64,000 nucleotides of DNA from the human T2T-CHM13v2.0 reference genome, Homo sapiens, in the NCBI RefSeq assembly GCF_009914755.1, contig NC_060925.1, one strand, 5' to 3'. The notes below the pieces were generated by a model. It was not told the DNA's origin. It saw only the letters and a program-made list of their open reading frames with translations, and made no database searches. The translations under genes and the position numbers were made by a program. Positions 27,720 to 47,647 of the stretch are shown piece by piece (position 1 is the stretch's first letter; the number at the start of each line of letters is the position of its first letter).

Positions 27720-28016
27720 ATACAGCTCCCGTAGCCTTGGTGGCACCACCATACGGTTCCCGATAGCCACCCAGGTGTCCTGTCTCCACGGTAACTGCTG
27801 CTTTGCGACCTTCGGTTTGCAGCGGTCGCGCTGCAGCCGCTGCAGTGGTTGCTGGGCGACCACGGAGAGAAAGCCGGGACTTGAGGTGGGAACCCCGGCT
27901 GGCGTCCGGTAGGGGGAGGTTCCCGGGGAAACCCGCGGAAGGCGAGGTGCCTGGCCTGCCATGTAGGGGCTCGTTCCAAGCCGCAGACCCCACCGCCCTC
28001 CCTCTCCCCGGGGCCC
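27720..28016 (+). promoter_or_regulatory. KLHDC9: KLHDC9 CpG-island promoter with RFX X-boxes
   Basis: CpG-dense; X-box-like motifs at 27782, 27848 and 27919. Confidence 0.7.
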
Positions 28017-28543
28017 ATGGCGGTGGCCGTGCCCCCGGGTCGGGCCGCAGGCTCAGGCTGGGCCTGGAGGCCAGTGGCGCGGGACGCGCTTTTGGCTAGA
28101 GCTTTCCATTCATGCACCGAACTGCGGGGACGGTTCTATCTCGTAGGTGGTCTCCTAGCAGGAGGAGCGAGAGAGCCCAGCAGCGATACGGTGGTTTTCG
28201 ACCCAGCTAGGGGCCAGGCCGTACGATTGGGAGCCCGGGGCAGCCCCCCGCGCAGTCACCACGACGCGGCACCCGTGGACGGGCGTTGGCTCTGCGTGGT
28301 GGGCGGCTGGGACGGGTCTCGCCGCTTGGCCACAGTGACCGCACTGGACACAGAGCGCGGTGTGTGGGAGGCGTGGACAGGGACCCCTGGTGACTGCCCC
28401 CCCGCCGGCCTCAGTAGTCACACCTGCACCCGAATCTCTGACCGAGAGCTGCAGGTGGCTGGCCGGGAGGGCGGTATCCACACTCAGCGACGCTATGGAA
28501 GCATCTACACATTAAGGCTGGACCCCCGCGCCCGCACCTATTG
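28017..28543 (+). CDS. KLHDC9: Kelch domain-containing protein 9, exon 1
   Basis: MAVAVPPGRAAGSG...; kelch GG motifs (YLVGG, CVVGGWDG); donor gtatgg; four exons total 1050 nt = 349 aa. Confidence 0.95.
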
Positions 28544-28826
28544 GTATGGCACCCTCCGCCCAAAACCTTTCACTCTCATCCACACTCTCGAAAAACAAAA
28601 GCCTAAGCAGATTTCTCAGGCAATTTATCCACCTCCTCACTCTAGCACCCTCCTTCCAGGGGAACCTACCATGTTTAAGCTAGCTGAGCTCTCTACAGTA
28701 TTACCCTCCCTCTTATCCCACCTACCGCACTGCCCCATGCCTCTTCTCCATCCATCCTTGGCAAGGGCGGTGGCACTTACATTTTCCAGAAAACCCACTC
28801 AGCCCTGAATTTCTGCATGTCCACAG

Positions 28827-28986
28827 CTACAAGCAAGAAGGCTGCCACACAGCCTCACGCTCAGGTCACTGTGCGGCCCTGCTCCAAACTCCTGGACCCC
28901 ATCCAGGTCATCAGCTATTGCTCTTTGGAGGTTGCAACTTAGCTGAACCAGAAGTAGCTGGGCATTGGAGTCATGGGAAAATTAAG
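28827..28986 (+). CDS. KLHDC9: KLHDC9 exon 2
   Basis: CYKQEGCHTASRSGHC...LLFGGCNLAEPEVAGHWSHGKIK; cag/gtatt. Confidence 0.92.
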
Positions 28987-29078
28987 GTATTAGCTCCTCA
29001 CACATCTTGTTTAGGATGGGAAGAGGCTAAAATTGTGATGCCCAGGTCTCTTCGGACAGTCCTTTCTTTCTCCCCAAG

Positions 29079-29277
29079 GAGGAACCACCTGTTGCTCCTC
29101 ATTTGATGGAACAGCTTGCAAGGCTTGTGAGCAGTGGGCAGGGGTCCCAGAAGGGGCCCCATGGACTACGGCATCACTCATGTTCTGTGGTCGGGCCCTT
29201 TGCTGTGCTGTTTGGTGGAGAAACTCTGACCAGAGCTAGAGACACCATCTGCAATGATCTCTACATCTATGATACTC
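29079..29277 (+). CDS. KLHDC9: KLHDC9 exon 3
   Basis: EEPPVAPHLMEQ...HHSCSVVGPFAVLFGGE...NDLYIYDT; aag/gtgag. Confidence 0.92.
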
Positions 29278-29541
29278 GTGAGAGCCAGACTAATGGCTGA
29301 AGGGGGGGAAGGTGGGAAGATGGGGGAACCTGAAGACTACAGAAAGAGGATGGAGTGATGGGGTAGGGAGGAGGAAAAATTAGTTGACAGGAGTTAAAGG
29401 AGTACACAGAATATTAAGCATTTGAAGAGGCCTACAAATCAAGTGAGCAGAAAAACAATGGGCAAGCCCTTGGTCATGTTGAATTCTGTGAATGACAAAG
29501 TGCTACTGCCTCAATAACCACCCTCTGCCCGTATCCAACAG

Positions 29542-29705
29542 GCACATCTCCTCCTTTGTGGTTCCACTTCCCCTGTGCAGATCGTGGGATGAAACGCATG
29601 GGCCATCGCACCTGCCTTTGGAATGATCAGCTTTACCTGGTTGGGGGTTTTGGTGAGGATGGCAGGACAGCCAGTCCACAGGTTTGCATCCTGGACTTTA
29701 TCTAA
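29542..29705 (+). CDS. KLHDC9: KLHDC9 exon 4 (stop TAA)
   Basis: RTSPPLWFHF...GHRTCLWNDQLYLVGGFG...ILDFI*. Confidence 0.92.
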
Positions 29706-29803
29706 ATAGTGCCAAGACACATCACTAAGCCTCGTTTTGTTTTGCTTTGTTGCAAACCTATAAAGCGTTATCACCAGAGCTATCTGCTTCACTTCAAATG
29801 CTT

Positions 29804-29809
29804 ATTAAA
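29804..29809 (+). terminator. KLHDC9: KLHDC9 proximal polyA signal ATTAAA (distal AATAAA at 29908-29913)
   Basis: hexamer about 100 nt after the stop. Confidence 0.5.
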
Positions 29810-30055
29810 TTTCAATCTGAGACTCAAGATTTGTCTCTGAAATTTTTGGGGGGAGGGGGAAGGGCAGTAAATAAGTGGACATACCTTTATTTGCAAGGAA
29901 AGGATAAAATAAATATGGGTCCTACTCTCATATTATGAGTCATTAACCTGATGGAAACAAAAACCACACATCATATGCTGTTCCGTGTCTCAAAACAATT
30001 TCCACCCCCAAGTGGGAGAAAACTTCAGGCTACAGCTAAGATTCTGACCAAAACA

Positions 30056-30061
30056 TTTAAT
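30056..30061 (-). terminator. PFDN2: PFDN2 polyA signal ATTAAA
   Basis: tttaat on + strand about 100 nt after the stop. Confidence 0.6.
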
Positions 30062-30163
30062 TAACAAAAAAATATTACAATAGCAGAGAAAATAATAATA
30101 ATAACAATAAAGAGAAATTAGAAGTGGGAGTCAGGGTAGAAAAAAATGCAAAGGCCTTGGTCC

Positions 30164-30340
30164 CTAGGAGACCAACACTCCAGCTGAGCTGGCCTTAGCC
30201 CCAGCCCCTTCTGAGTTTTCCTTGGCTGCTGGCTTCTCATCTTCTCCCATGAGACGAATGTTGTGCTTTTCCCGGAATTCATTTAGTTCTTTTCCCTTTG
30301 CCTGAAGCTGCTGTGTCAGTGTCTCAATGATCTTCTGTAT
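30164..30340 (-). CDS. PFDN2: Prefoldin subunit 2, exon 4 (stop TAG)
   Basis: IQKIIETLTQQLQAKGKELNEFREKHNIRLMGEDEK...SAGVLVS*; four exons total 465 nt = 154 aa. Confidence 0.97.
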   Translation of the reverse strand: MQKIIETLTQQLQAKGKELNEFREKHNIRLMGEDEKPAAKENSEGAGAKASSAGVLVS

Positions 30341-30534
30341 CTAGAGGACAAGTGACAGGGATTATATAAGGAATTCAGGACTCCTTTCCCCCACCTGGAA
30401 TGGACTATGGTTGGAGGAAGTGTTAACACATTTAACCTTACCTTTAACCAAGTAGAGGAGCCCAGACATTAAAATTATTCCTTTCTTGAACACAGTGGTT
30501 TATACACTTTAATGTACTTAGAATCACCTGGGCT

Positions 30535-31505
<971 letters not shown>

Positions 31506-31528
31506 CCTATTCAATGATTCTTGCTCAC

Positions 31529-31652
31529 CTGCTCCTTGTTGTTCTCCAAAGCGGGCAGCACCTCTTTGACAGTTCGCTCCACCAGCACTCCTCCAACCAT
31601 GCGGTAGCACTTACGAGTTTCATCTACCTCCTTCAGTGTATCGATCACTAGG
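31529..31652 (-). CDS. PFDN2: PFDN2 exon 3
   Basis: [41 protein letters not shown] (prefoldin beta hairpin). Confidence 0.97.
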
Positions 31653-31767
31653 CTGGGATAGGAGAACAAGGCAGGACCTGAGGATTCAGCCCCACTCTAC
31701 TACAAATCCCCCTCACGGAGTAGCCCACACAACTGTCCTACTGTTTGCCTCTCCCTGACTTTCTCAC

Positions 31768-31856
31768 CTGTGCTCATTCAACTCCATCTCCAACTCAGCT
31801 GCTTTGGATGCCAGGCCTCGCTGTTCCTGCCGAAGGCGGTTGAAGCCAGCAATCAC
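31768..31856 (-). CDS. PFDN2: PFDN2 exon 2
   Basis: VIAGFNRLRQEQRGLASKAAELEMELNEH(S); tag/gtgag. Confidence 0.97.
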
Positions 31857-32157
31857 CTAACAAGGTGAGAGAAGAGATGAAAGAGGGGATAGTGGAAATG
31901 GCAGAGGGTCCAGATAGCACATAGGGTGGCAGGCTTTACAAAGGTGCAGTAGTGGGCACCTACCTTGGAAAAGGAGTAGAACCACAAGTTTGCGATTTCT
32001 ACCTAAAATTTTTCTGGAATTCCATTCACCAAACACGGAGGGCTTACTATTTTTGAGATATTTGAGGGCCCACTGAGGGATATCACAGAATAGATTTGGC
32101 CTCTGGCTTCTCCTGGCTCATAGTTTGGTGGGAAATAGGCATTTAATATAAGAATGG

Positions 32158-32614
<457 letters not shown>

Positions 32615-32888
32615 CTACTAACCACATGACCCCTGACCCAGGGGCAGTGACCTATGGAATCTCTCTACAGGAATTGGAATTTTGCAGACAAATGGGTATA
32701 GAAGACAGCTGGAGTTAAGATTCCTATTGGTTCTGTAGAGATGACCTTCCATTCCTATTCCTAGATTCCCTAAAGCTGCCCCAGTTCTTGAACTTTGTTC
32801 AGTCTAGTTATTTAGCCTTCTTTTTCATTCTGTTCAATTCTGTGAAATACCCACTATTATTCAAAAATAGCCCTTTAAAAAAAAAAAA

Positions 32889-33185
32889 GGGCCAGGCGTG
32901 GTGGCTCACGCCTGTAATCGCAGCACTTTGGGAGGCCGAGGTGGGCAGATCACCAGGTCAGGAGATCAAGATCATCCTGGCCAACATGGTGAAACCCCAT
33001 CTCTACTAAAATACAAAAAAATTAGCCGGGCATGGTGGCATGTGCCTGTAGTCCCAGCTACTCAGCAGAGGCAGGGGAATTGCTTGAACCCAGGAGGCGG
33101 AGGTTGCAGTGAGCTGAGATCACGCTACCACACTACAGCCTGGCAACAGAGCAAGACTCCGTCTCAAAAAAAAAAAAAAAAAGAA
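32889..33185 (+). mobile_element. Alu (AluSc-like)
   Basis: full Alu. Confidence 0.9.
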
Positions 33186-33403
33186 AGTTGGTCAAAGTTG
33201 GTTTCTGTAGCCTATAAACCCTAACTGATACAGAATTGATACAGGCTTCCTGAGGGATAATGTAATGGTCTTAAATGAAACCTGAAAAATCAGAGTGTGG
33301 GGGGAAAAAATGAAAAATATGAGGCTCAGAGACAAAAGACCAGGTTTCAGGTTCTGCCTCTGCTACTTTATTGGCTCTATGGCCTGGCACAGACATTTAA
33401 CCC

Positions 33404-33573
33404 TGTGGTTCTTAACCATGGCTATATGTTAGAATCACCTGAATCATTTTAAAAACATGAATACTGGACCCTCAGAACAACTACACAACTACTGGGGGTA
33501 AGGCTCAGGCCTCAGTATTTTTAAAAAGATCTCCCACATAATTCTAATGTGTAGTGTGAACTGAGAACCACTG
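33404..33573. mobile_element. MER5-like hAT-Charlie element
   Basis: terminal inverted repeats gtggttctt...gagaaccactg and internal ttagaatcacctg. Confidence 0.65.
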
Positions 33574-33894
33574 GATTAACCCCTTTAAGCCTTAGTTTTC
33601 TTACCTGCAAAATGCAGATAATGATTCCTACTGCATAAGGTTGTTGTATCATGTGAACCAATGAGTGTGAAACATCTTTGTGAACAGTGAAGTACATTAA
33701 TGCTATCATGGACTTCTCTCCAAGTCCAGAATTGCCCCTTTAGACTCTCCTGGTCATCTGACAACAGTGGACTCAATCCATTCAAACCATTACCAAATAC
33801 GAGTGTATTTGCAAATATCATCTCCAGTCACACAGCCAGAAACTTTCCCCTAATAAAGATGATTAACCACTTCATCTTTACTAGGGCCCTATCT

Positions 33895-35306
<1,412 letters not shown>

Positions 35307-35414
35307 TAATCAAATACCAAACTAAAATCTACTTAAACATGTTGAGTTATCTACAGTTATTATGGAAAATTTCAGCCATAAGTGCACTTAAAGGAAATGA
35401 AATCTCTTAGCAGC

Positions 35415-35816
35415 TGATATAGTTTATGTGTCCCCTCTAAGTTTCATATTGAAATATAATCCCCAACTTTGGAGGTGGGGCCTGGTGGGAGGTGTTTGGA
35501 TCATGGGGGTAGATCTCTCATGAATGACTTGGTTGCCATCCCCTTGATGATAAGTGAGTTATTGGTCTGAGTTCACACAAGATCTGGTTCTTTAAAAGTA
35601 TGACACCTACCCCTCTTTATTCCTCCTGCTCCCACTATGCATAAGACACCTGTCCCCTCTTTGCCTTTCATCATGATTGGAAGCTTCCTGAGGCCACCCC
35701 AGAAGCAGATGCCATGCTTCCTGTACAGCCTACAGAACCATGAGCCAATTAAACCACTTTTCTTATAAATTACCCAGTCTCAGGTAATTATAGCAACACA
35801 AGAACGGCCTAATACA
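35415..35816. mobile_element. MaLR solo LTR (MSTA/MSTB-like)
   Basis: TG...CA termini (tgatatagttt...ctaataca), MST-type internal sequence, 5-bp target-site duplication GCAGC on both sides. Confidence 0.85.
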
Positions 35817-36089
35817 GCAGCTAACTGCAACTTAACTGTAGACTATATGTAAATAAGCCAATATTAAGCCATTTCTGGGGTCTGCCAGGTAATGAAAACA
35901 GAGAAGCTATCCTCTATTCCCACATTTTTCCTTTTAAAACATAACTTTTCTAATAGTCTTCTCCCCTATGGCTAGGACCTAATTATCCTTCCCTTTCCTT
36001 ATTCCTTATTCTCTGTCTGCTGTAAGCACAGATTGACACATCAGTGTTGCGTCTCTCAACCCTATTAAATCATCATCTATGTACAAACA

Positions 36090-38082
<1,993 letters not shown>

Positions 38083-39177
38083 TTACAGCCACTTTTCTTG
38101 AATTTCTTGAATCGTATTCCAAAGTAAGATCAATGAGTCAAAAAGGCATTAGCATTATTATAGCTTCCACTGCATGTCGCTAGAAAGCTCTCCAAGATGA
38201 CCAGATTAATTTATACTGCTACCAGCAATATCATGATTATATCTCTTCTCTTTCCCCAGAGCCCTAATGGTAACTTTTATTATTTTTGTTACTTTAATAA
38301 TTTTTAGAGTTGGAATGTAACTCCAGAAACCTTGGAATCATCCTTGATTCACTATCCACATCAAATTAATTACATGTGTACTACTTATTATACCCTCCTG
38401 ATTTCTATACTGCCTCCTGATTTGCCCCCTTTAATCTACTCCCCACACTGCAGCATAAGTGACCAAAAATATAAATCTAACCAATTATTCCTTTGCCTAA
38501 AACCTTCTCAATGCTCACAGGATAAAATCTGAACTCCTCAAAAAGTCATATAAAGACCGGGTTCCAGTTTACCTCTCCCAATCAGTCGTTCCCTCCACAT
38601 CTTAACTCAGCACTCAGTGTCCTAAGTCACTGGTAGTTTCCCTTAACAGCTGTCTTCAGGCATCTGCATAGAATCTTCACCCTACGTTTGGTATACTTTC
38701 CCAAACCTCTCTCATTCAGTTTTTCTCTGCTTAAGTCTAGTTCTTTCTTCAGGTTTCAACTTAGATTCTTCTGGGAAGCAGAAGAATCTGGCCATCTTCC
38801 ATTCCCATATGTTAACCCTTTATATGTGCTCACATAAAAATGCATATTAGTTACTTAAATAATTTGACAAAATCTTTTCTATTTATATTGTGTTATTTTC
38901 CACCATGCAGACTGCCTTCTATTCTTTATCTTCTTTTAAAATTGTAAATATGCAAATGCAACCTATTTTAAAATATCTATTTCTTTCATAGTCCTACTAT
39001 AATCTGCCTTCCACAGTCTCAAGAGTAAAGGAACACCTACTATATGCCAGGCACTGTGCTAGACTATCTCATTTAATTCTAAAAAACAAAAAAGACGGTA
39101 AGACCTGTACCTTCAATTTGTAAATAAGGAGACCAAGGCTGGTGGAGTGTTGTGTGGTGGTCAAAATAACATAGTGT

Positions 39178-39890
<713 letters not shown>

Positions 39891-40263
39891 TTAACTCTAA
39901 AAATCTCTGTTAATATATTATTCCTGGCTTATCAAATATTAATTTCTTATCAAAGCAAATTTATATTCCTGTTTTCTTTTTTGTTTACCATATAGTTTTA
40001 ATAATTTTAGGAAAAAATCTATAATCATTACCTTTCTCTCCAAAATGTCCTAGGGTCTTCTTACATGACATTTACTCTTACTGGTTTCAATAGAAGAATA
40101 GAAGAGGTAGAGAGTTATGATTGGATGAACCTGGAAAAGCATGATCTGGGATACTGCTCCACTAATTACCTTCTTTTCAGTTCAGTGCCCCCTTTTCTGA
40201 AGAACATACTCAACTCTCTGTCAAAGAAAACTTCTTTGACCTTATTACTCCATCAAATAATAG

Positions 40264-40700
<437 letters not shown>

Positions 40701-40856
40701 CAAGTAGCAACATAGTAAAGTGGAAAGAACCCAAACTTCTTATTCTGACCTGGGTTGAAATCCCAGTTTTGCCATTTACTTGCTATATGACTGAGTCACT
40801 TAACTTTCCTTGTTTCCTCATTTATAAAATGGACTTAATATAATATACCACAGGGC

Positions 40857-41067
40857 AGGGTTTCTCAACATTGTCACTACTGACATGTTAGGCCAAATCA
40901 TTCTTTGCTAGGAGGGCTGTCTCAGGCATTATAGGATGTTTAACAAATCCCTGGACTATACCCACTAAAAGTCAGTAGCAACCCCTTTGATTTGTGACAA
41001 CCAAAAATGTCTCCAGACACTGCCAGATGTCTCCTAGGAAAAGATAATGCCAGTTGAGAATCACTGC
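40857..41067. mobile_element. MER20 DNA transposon
   Basis: cagggtttctcaac...gtgacaaccaaaaatgtctccagacactgcca...gttgagaatcactg. Confidence 0.8.
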
Positions 41068-42962
41068 TACAGGGTAACAATGAGAACTAACTGAGATAAT
41101 AGGTCAAGTGCCCGATACAATGTAGATCTTCGACTCCCCTTTGGTTTCCAGGTCCCTTCAGTTCTCCTTCCTATCTCAAGCCTCCTTCTTTCTCCTTTCT
41201 GAAAGTTCTTCCTCTTTCACTCCCACAATGGCCACAGGATCTAAGATTCTATTCATAGCACTTCTTCATTACCTACATTATTTTTGAAATTATTTTTTAT
41301 TGATTCATAATCATATTTTCATGGTATTGTGATAATTTGATATATTCATATAATCAAATCAGGGTAACCTATACTATTTCAAGTGGCATTCTTAGCTACT
41401 TCTATAGTTCCAGCAATTGCCTTTATTCTACTTGCCTGCAAAACCAGGCCTTTTCAGAAATTCTAGTCCCACATTTACAAGTTAGAGGAAGGAGCTTTTT
41501 TGTGCCTGACAGAAATGGCTTAACGTCAGACCATGACAAGTTACTTCTTTTCTGAATGTTTCTTCACCAATAAAATACAGATTAATACCTGTCTCACAGA
41601 ATGCATAAGTATTAATTACTTCTTTTCTGATGTTTCTTCACCAATAAAATACAGATAATACCTGCCTCACAGAATGTTGTAAGGATTAAGTAATTACATC
41701 AAGAACTTAGGACAATATCTATCATATAACAAGTTTTCAATAAATAGTAGCTGCTATTATTACAGATCATCTCCACCTAAATGTCCCATGGATATCTTAA
41801 ACTCATGTTGTTCAAAGCTGAAGTGATCTTATCTCTTCTATTTCTGCTACTGACATCACTCTAGGCCTCCTGGTAGGAAACCTTAGTTTCATCTTTTGTT
41901 TTGTTTTTAAAGATGGGGTCTCCCTATGCTGCTCAGACTGGTGAAAAGTGGTTATTCACAGGCACAATTATAGCACACTATAGCTTCAAACTCCCAGACT
42001 CAAGTGATCCTCCTGTCTCAGCTTCCTGAGTAGCTGGGACTACAGGCACTTGCCACCATACCCAGGTTCATCTTTGAACATACCATAATCCCATGAACTG
42101 CCAAATGTATTGCACTTAGTTTAGCAATTTCTCTTAGGCTCACTGACATAACCCTAGTTCAGATGTTCATTACATTCTTATCTGAATTACTGCAATAGTC
42201 TTCTAAATGATCCTATTTTTAGACTCCCCAAACCTACCCTACACACTGCTAATTTAATCTTCCTAACACTTAGATGACATAGAAAAATGTTCAACATATA
42301 CTATTAGGCTTAAAAAACAGATTACAAACCAGTACATACTGTAGTATAATCCTAATTTTATAAAATATGTAAAAAAAAAAAAAAGCTCCCCCTTCCATCC
42401 ACACATATATACACAAAAAGACAAAGGAGGGGGGAAAAAATCTCTCAAAGGATATACTCCTAAATGGCAAGAAAAGTTATCTCTGGATAGTTGGATTATG
42501 GGCAATTTATTTCCTGGTTTGAACTTTTTCCTTTGTTTTCTGCAGTTCCGACAATAAATGTATTATTTTATATAAGAGTTAAACAATTAATAATATAACA
42601 TATATCCTTCTGTGACTTCCTCACTGCTTATGTTAAAAAGTCATAAATTCTTTGGCATGCACTCAAAGACCTCTATGGCCTTATTCAACTACTCTCCTCT
42701 TATCATATTCCCTACTTTCTATTCCCACTGCTACCTGTTCAAATCCATCCACTCCTTCAGGGTTCTGCTCAAATACCTCTAACATAATCATGGCATAAGT
42801 GAAAAAAATACCTGATTCTTAAGTCCCTCATTTAAAAATCCTGCTCTTCCAGTTACTGACCTTGGGCAAGTTAACTAAAGCCTCTGAAATTAAAATGTCC
42901 TCACCTATAAATGGAGGACAACACAACCTACTTCAAATGGCAGTAATTGAATAACAGAAGGT

Positions 42963-43250
42963 AGGCCTGAGCGGTGGCTCAGCTCATGCCTGTAATCCTA
43001 GCACTTTGGGAAGCCAAGGCAGGTGGACTGCTTGAGCCCAAGAGTTCAAGACCAGCCTGGGCAACATGGCAAAACTCCATCTCTACAAGAAATACAAAAA
43101 TTAGCTGGGCAGGGTGGCACACGCATGTAGTCCCAGTAACTTGGGAGGCTGAGGTAGAAGGATCACCTGAGCCTTGGGAGGTTGAGGCTGCAGTGAGCCG
43201 TGATCGCACCACTGCACTCCAGCCTGGGCAACAGAATGAGACCCTGTCTC
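42963..43250 (+). mobile_element. AluJ-like
   Basis: full Alu; flanking taacagaaggta duplication. Confidence 0.88.
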
Positions 43251-44454
43251 AGTCAGTAACAGAAGGTAAAACAAGTGTCTAACACAATGTGTTATTTGCT
43301 TCCATCTTGTTTGTAAGGGACATATGTGGCTCAAATTTGCAGCAGTGATAAATCTTGTAATGTTTTACCCAGTGTTCTCTCCAGAATAAACAAAGGCAAG
43401 AGAATGTTAATCAAGGAACAGCCTCAAAACTCACTTATCACACTTCCTCAGTTTCCTGAGGGAAGTTTGAGGGGTTCTCTTTAGCTCCCCTAAAACAGTG
43501 GTTCCACTCTTGTTCTACTTCTTTTTTCACTTTCTGTACAAACTATGGAAAGTGATCATTTTTATCCATAACCACGGCTTTATCATCCATAAACTCAATT
43601 CTCAAATCTGTATCTCCAACTCAGATTTCTTACTGTATCTCAAGATTTAAAAATCAAAGTGTCTACTGAATGTTTAACCTGGGTGCCCCACAAGAAACCT
43701 AAACTCAAAATCCTAAAATAAACTTACATTTCCCCCAAAATTGTCTGTCTTCCTACATTCCTTATGGCACCATTATCCACCAAAGACAGAAACCTGAGAG
43801 ACATCTTATATTCCTCTTTTACCCCCTTTTCTCCATATTCAAGTTCTGTAATCCACCTCAAACATTAAGTCCCACCTGCATCCCAAACATGCCAGGCAGT
43901 TTCACGCCTTAGTGTTTTGGAACACATTTATTCCCTCTACCTAGAAAATCTTCCACTTCCTTCTTTGCTTGACTAACTTCTCTCATCCTTTAGAATTGAG
44001 CTGAAGGATTTTTCTCCTCTAGAAAACAAAAGCTAACTAGCATTTACTAAACACACACTATATTCTAATCACTGTGCAAAACACTTCGCATGCATTGTCT
44101 TGCCTAATACTCTAAATTCAGTGATGAGGTAGGTATTGTTATGTTTCTACAGATGGGGGAGGCCAAGATGTAACTCATGGGAGGTCATATATAAATAGTA
44201 AATAGTAGAAATGAAATTCAAACTTAGGTCTGACCCTAGTGCATAAGAATGCTCTTAGCCACCCTACTATACCACAGCTTCCCTTATCCAGCCCCTACCC
44301 CCACAATCCTACAACCTCGTGATTAGTTAGGGGTCTCTCCTCTGCTGCCATAATGAAGGGATTGTGCAGCACACTATAAATCTTTATTGTTTGGTTTGTC
44401 TTTTCTCAAATGAGTCTGAGTAAAGCAATTTGAAGACAAAGTCTGTTTCATTTA

Positions 44455-45348
<894 letters not shown>

Positions 45349-45408
45349 TCTGTATCGCTGTACCCAGCAGAGTGCTTGGCCCATGGTAGCCTTAAAAATT
45401 ATTAGGGG

Positions 45409-46720
<1,312 letters not shown>

Positions 46721-47420
46721 ATAATAAAGTAGCTGTTAACTGTTTTCATTTCTATTGTGTAGCTTTCCTCCCACTCCTATTTTTCCACTTAGCAAAACAC
46801 GGTTCCCAAGCCACAAAGGGTTTTCTAATTAACTTATCAAACGCTTCCCGATGCTAGGCACTGGGGAAAATGCAAACTCGGATTAGAAAGGGGTTTCTGG
46901 TCTCTAAAGAAATTCGATCTAGTAATGAACTCCCGAATTAAAATAGTATATAGAACACTAGGCTGTTCGAGTATGAGAGTCACGTGGCTCTGCAGCGTGA
47001 CGGCGATTGTCAACGTGGGTTCAGGATCACGTAACAGACTACACAGCCAGCCCGTTAACTAATTCTCTAGGGTTAGTTTCGAGCTGTCTTGCCCAGCCAT
47101 AACCTGTTTGGAGAGGCTGAGGAGAGATAGAGAAAGCAGCAAACCATCTCCCCTCAGACCTGTGCATCTTCCCAGACCCTACATGTCAGGGCTTTCCCCT
47201 TGCTCAGGCTCACCCACCACCTCACGGAGGCGTGGCTCTCACCTACCCACCCGTCTACCTCTCCGAAGGGGTTCGGCTAGCTTTTCCGGGGACCCTTCCC
47301 TCTCTAGGTGCCACGCACATGTGGTGCTGGAGTAAAGGCCTGCACAAGCCACAGGCTCCCCCTTCTCGCTAGTATTCCAGACCCAGGTGGGTACCCTGCT
47401 TCGCGTTAGCCACTCCTCAC

Positions 47421-47495
47421 CTGCTCTGCGGACACCGCCCCCTTCCCCGCGCCGCTCCCGCTGCTCTTGCCGGCGCGACCGCTGTTCTCCGCCAT
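47421..47495 (-). CDS. PFDN2: PFDN2 exon 1 coding part
   Basis: aagATGG; MAENSGRAGKSSGSGAGKGAVSAEQ; donor gtgagg. Confidence 0.97.
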
Positions 47496-47600
47496 CTTCG
47501 CCGCCTGCTGGGTTTCCGGCCGGCGCAGCTCAGCCCCCGCCTTGCGTCACGTCCGGCCTGCGAGTTACCGCCCACTCGCTGCGGCGCTTCTGGCTCCAGA
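47490..47600. promoter_or_regulatory. PFDN2/NIT1 bidirectional CpG-island promoter
   Basis: head-to-head start codons 150 bp apart; YY1 CGCCATCTT 47490, ETS TTTCCGG 47513, GC box 47534, CRE-like TGCGTCACGT 47543. Confidence 0.85.
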
Positions 47601-47645
47601 CCGCCCTCCGGATCGGACCCTGCGAATGGTTTTGGCTATATCTTC

Positions 47646-47647
47646 AT
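47646..47647 (+). CDS. NIT1: NIT1 exon 1 coding part (AT of the split start codon)
   Basis: tcttcAT|gtagga joined to exon 2 G-CTG-GGC gives MLGFITRPP. Confidence 0.8.

Noticed and set aside
28544-28808. KLHDC9 exon 1 ORF running on to 263 aa
   Set aside because: Read-through into intron 1; the spliced frame gives the full kelch protein and the extension has no kelch pattern
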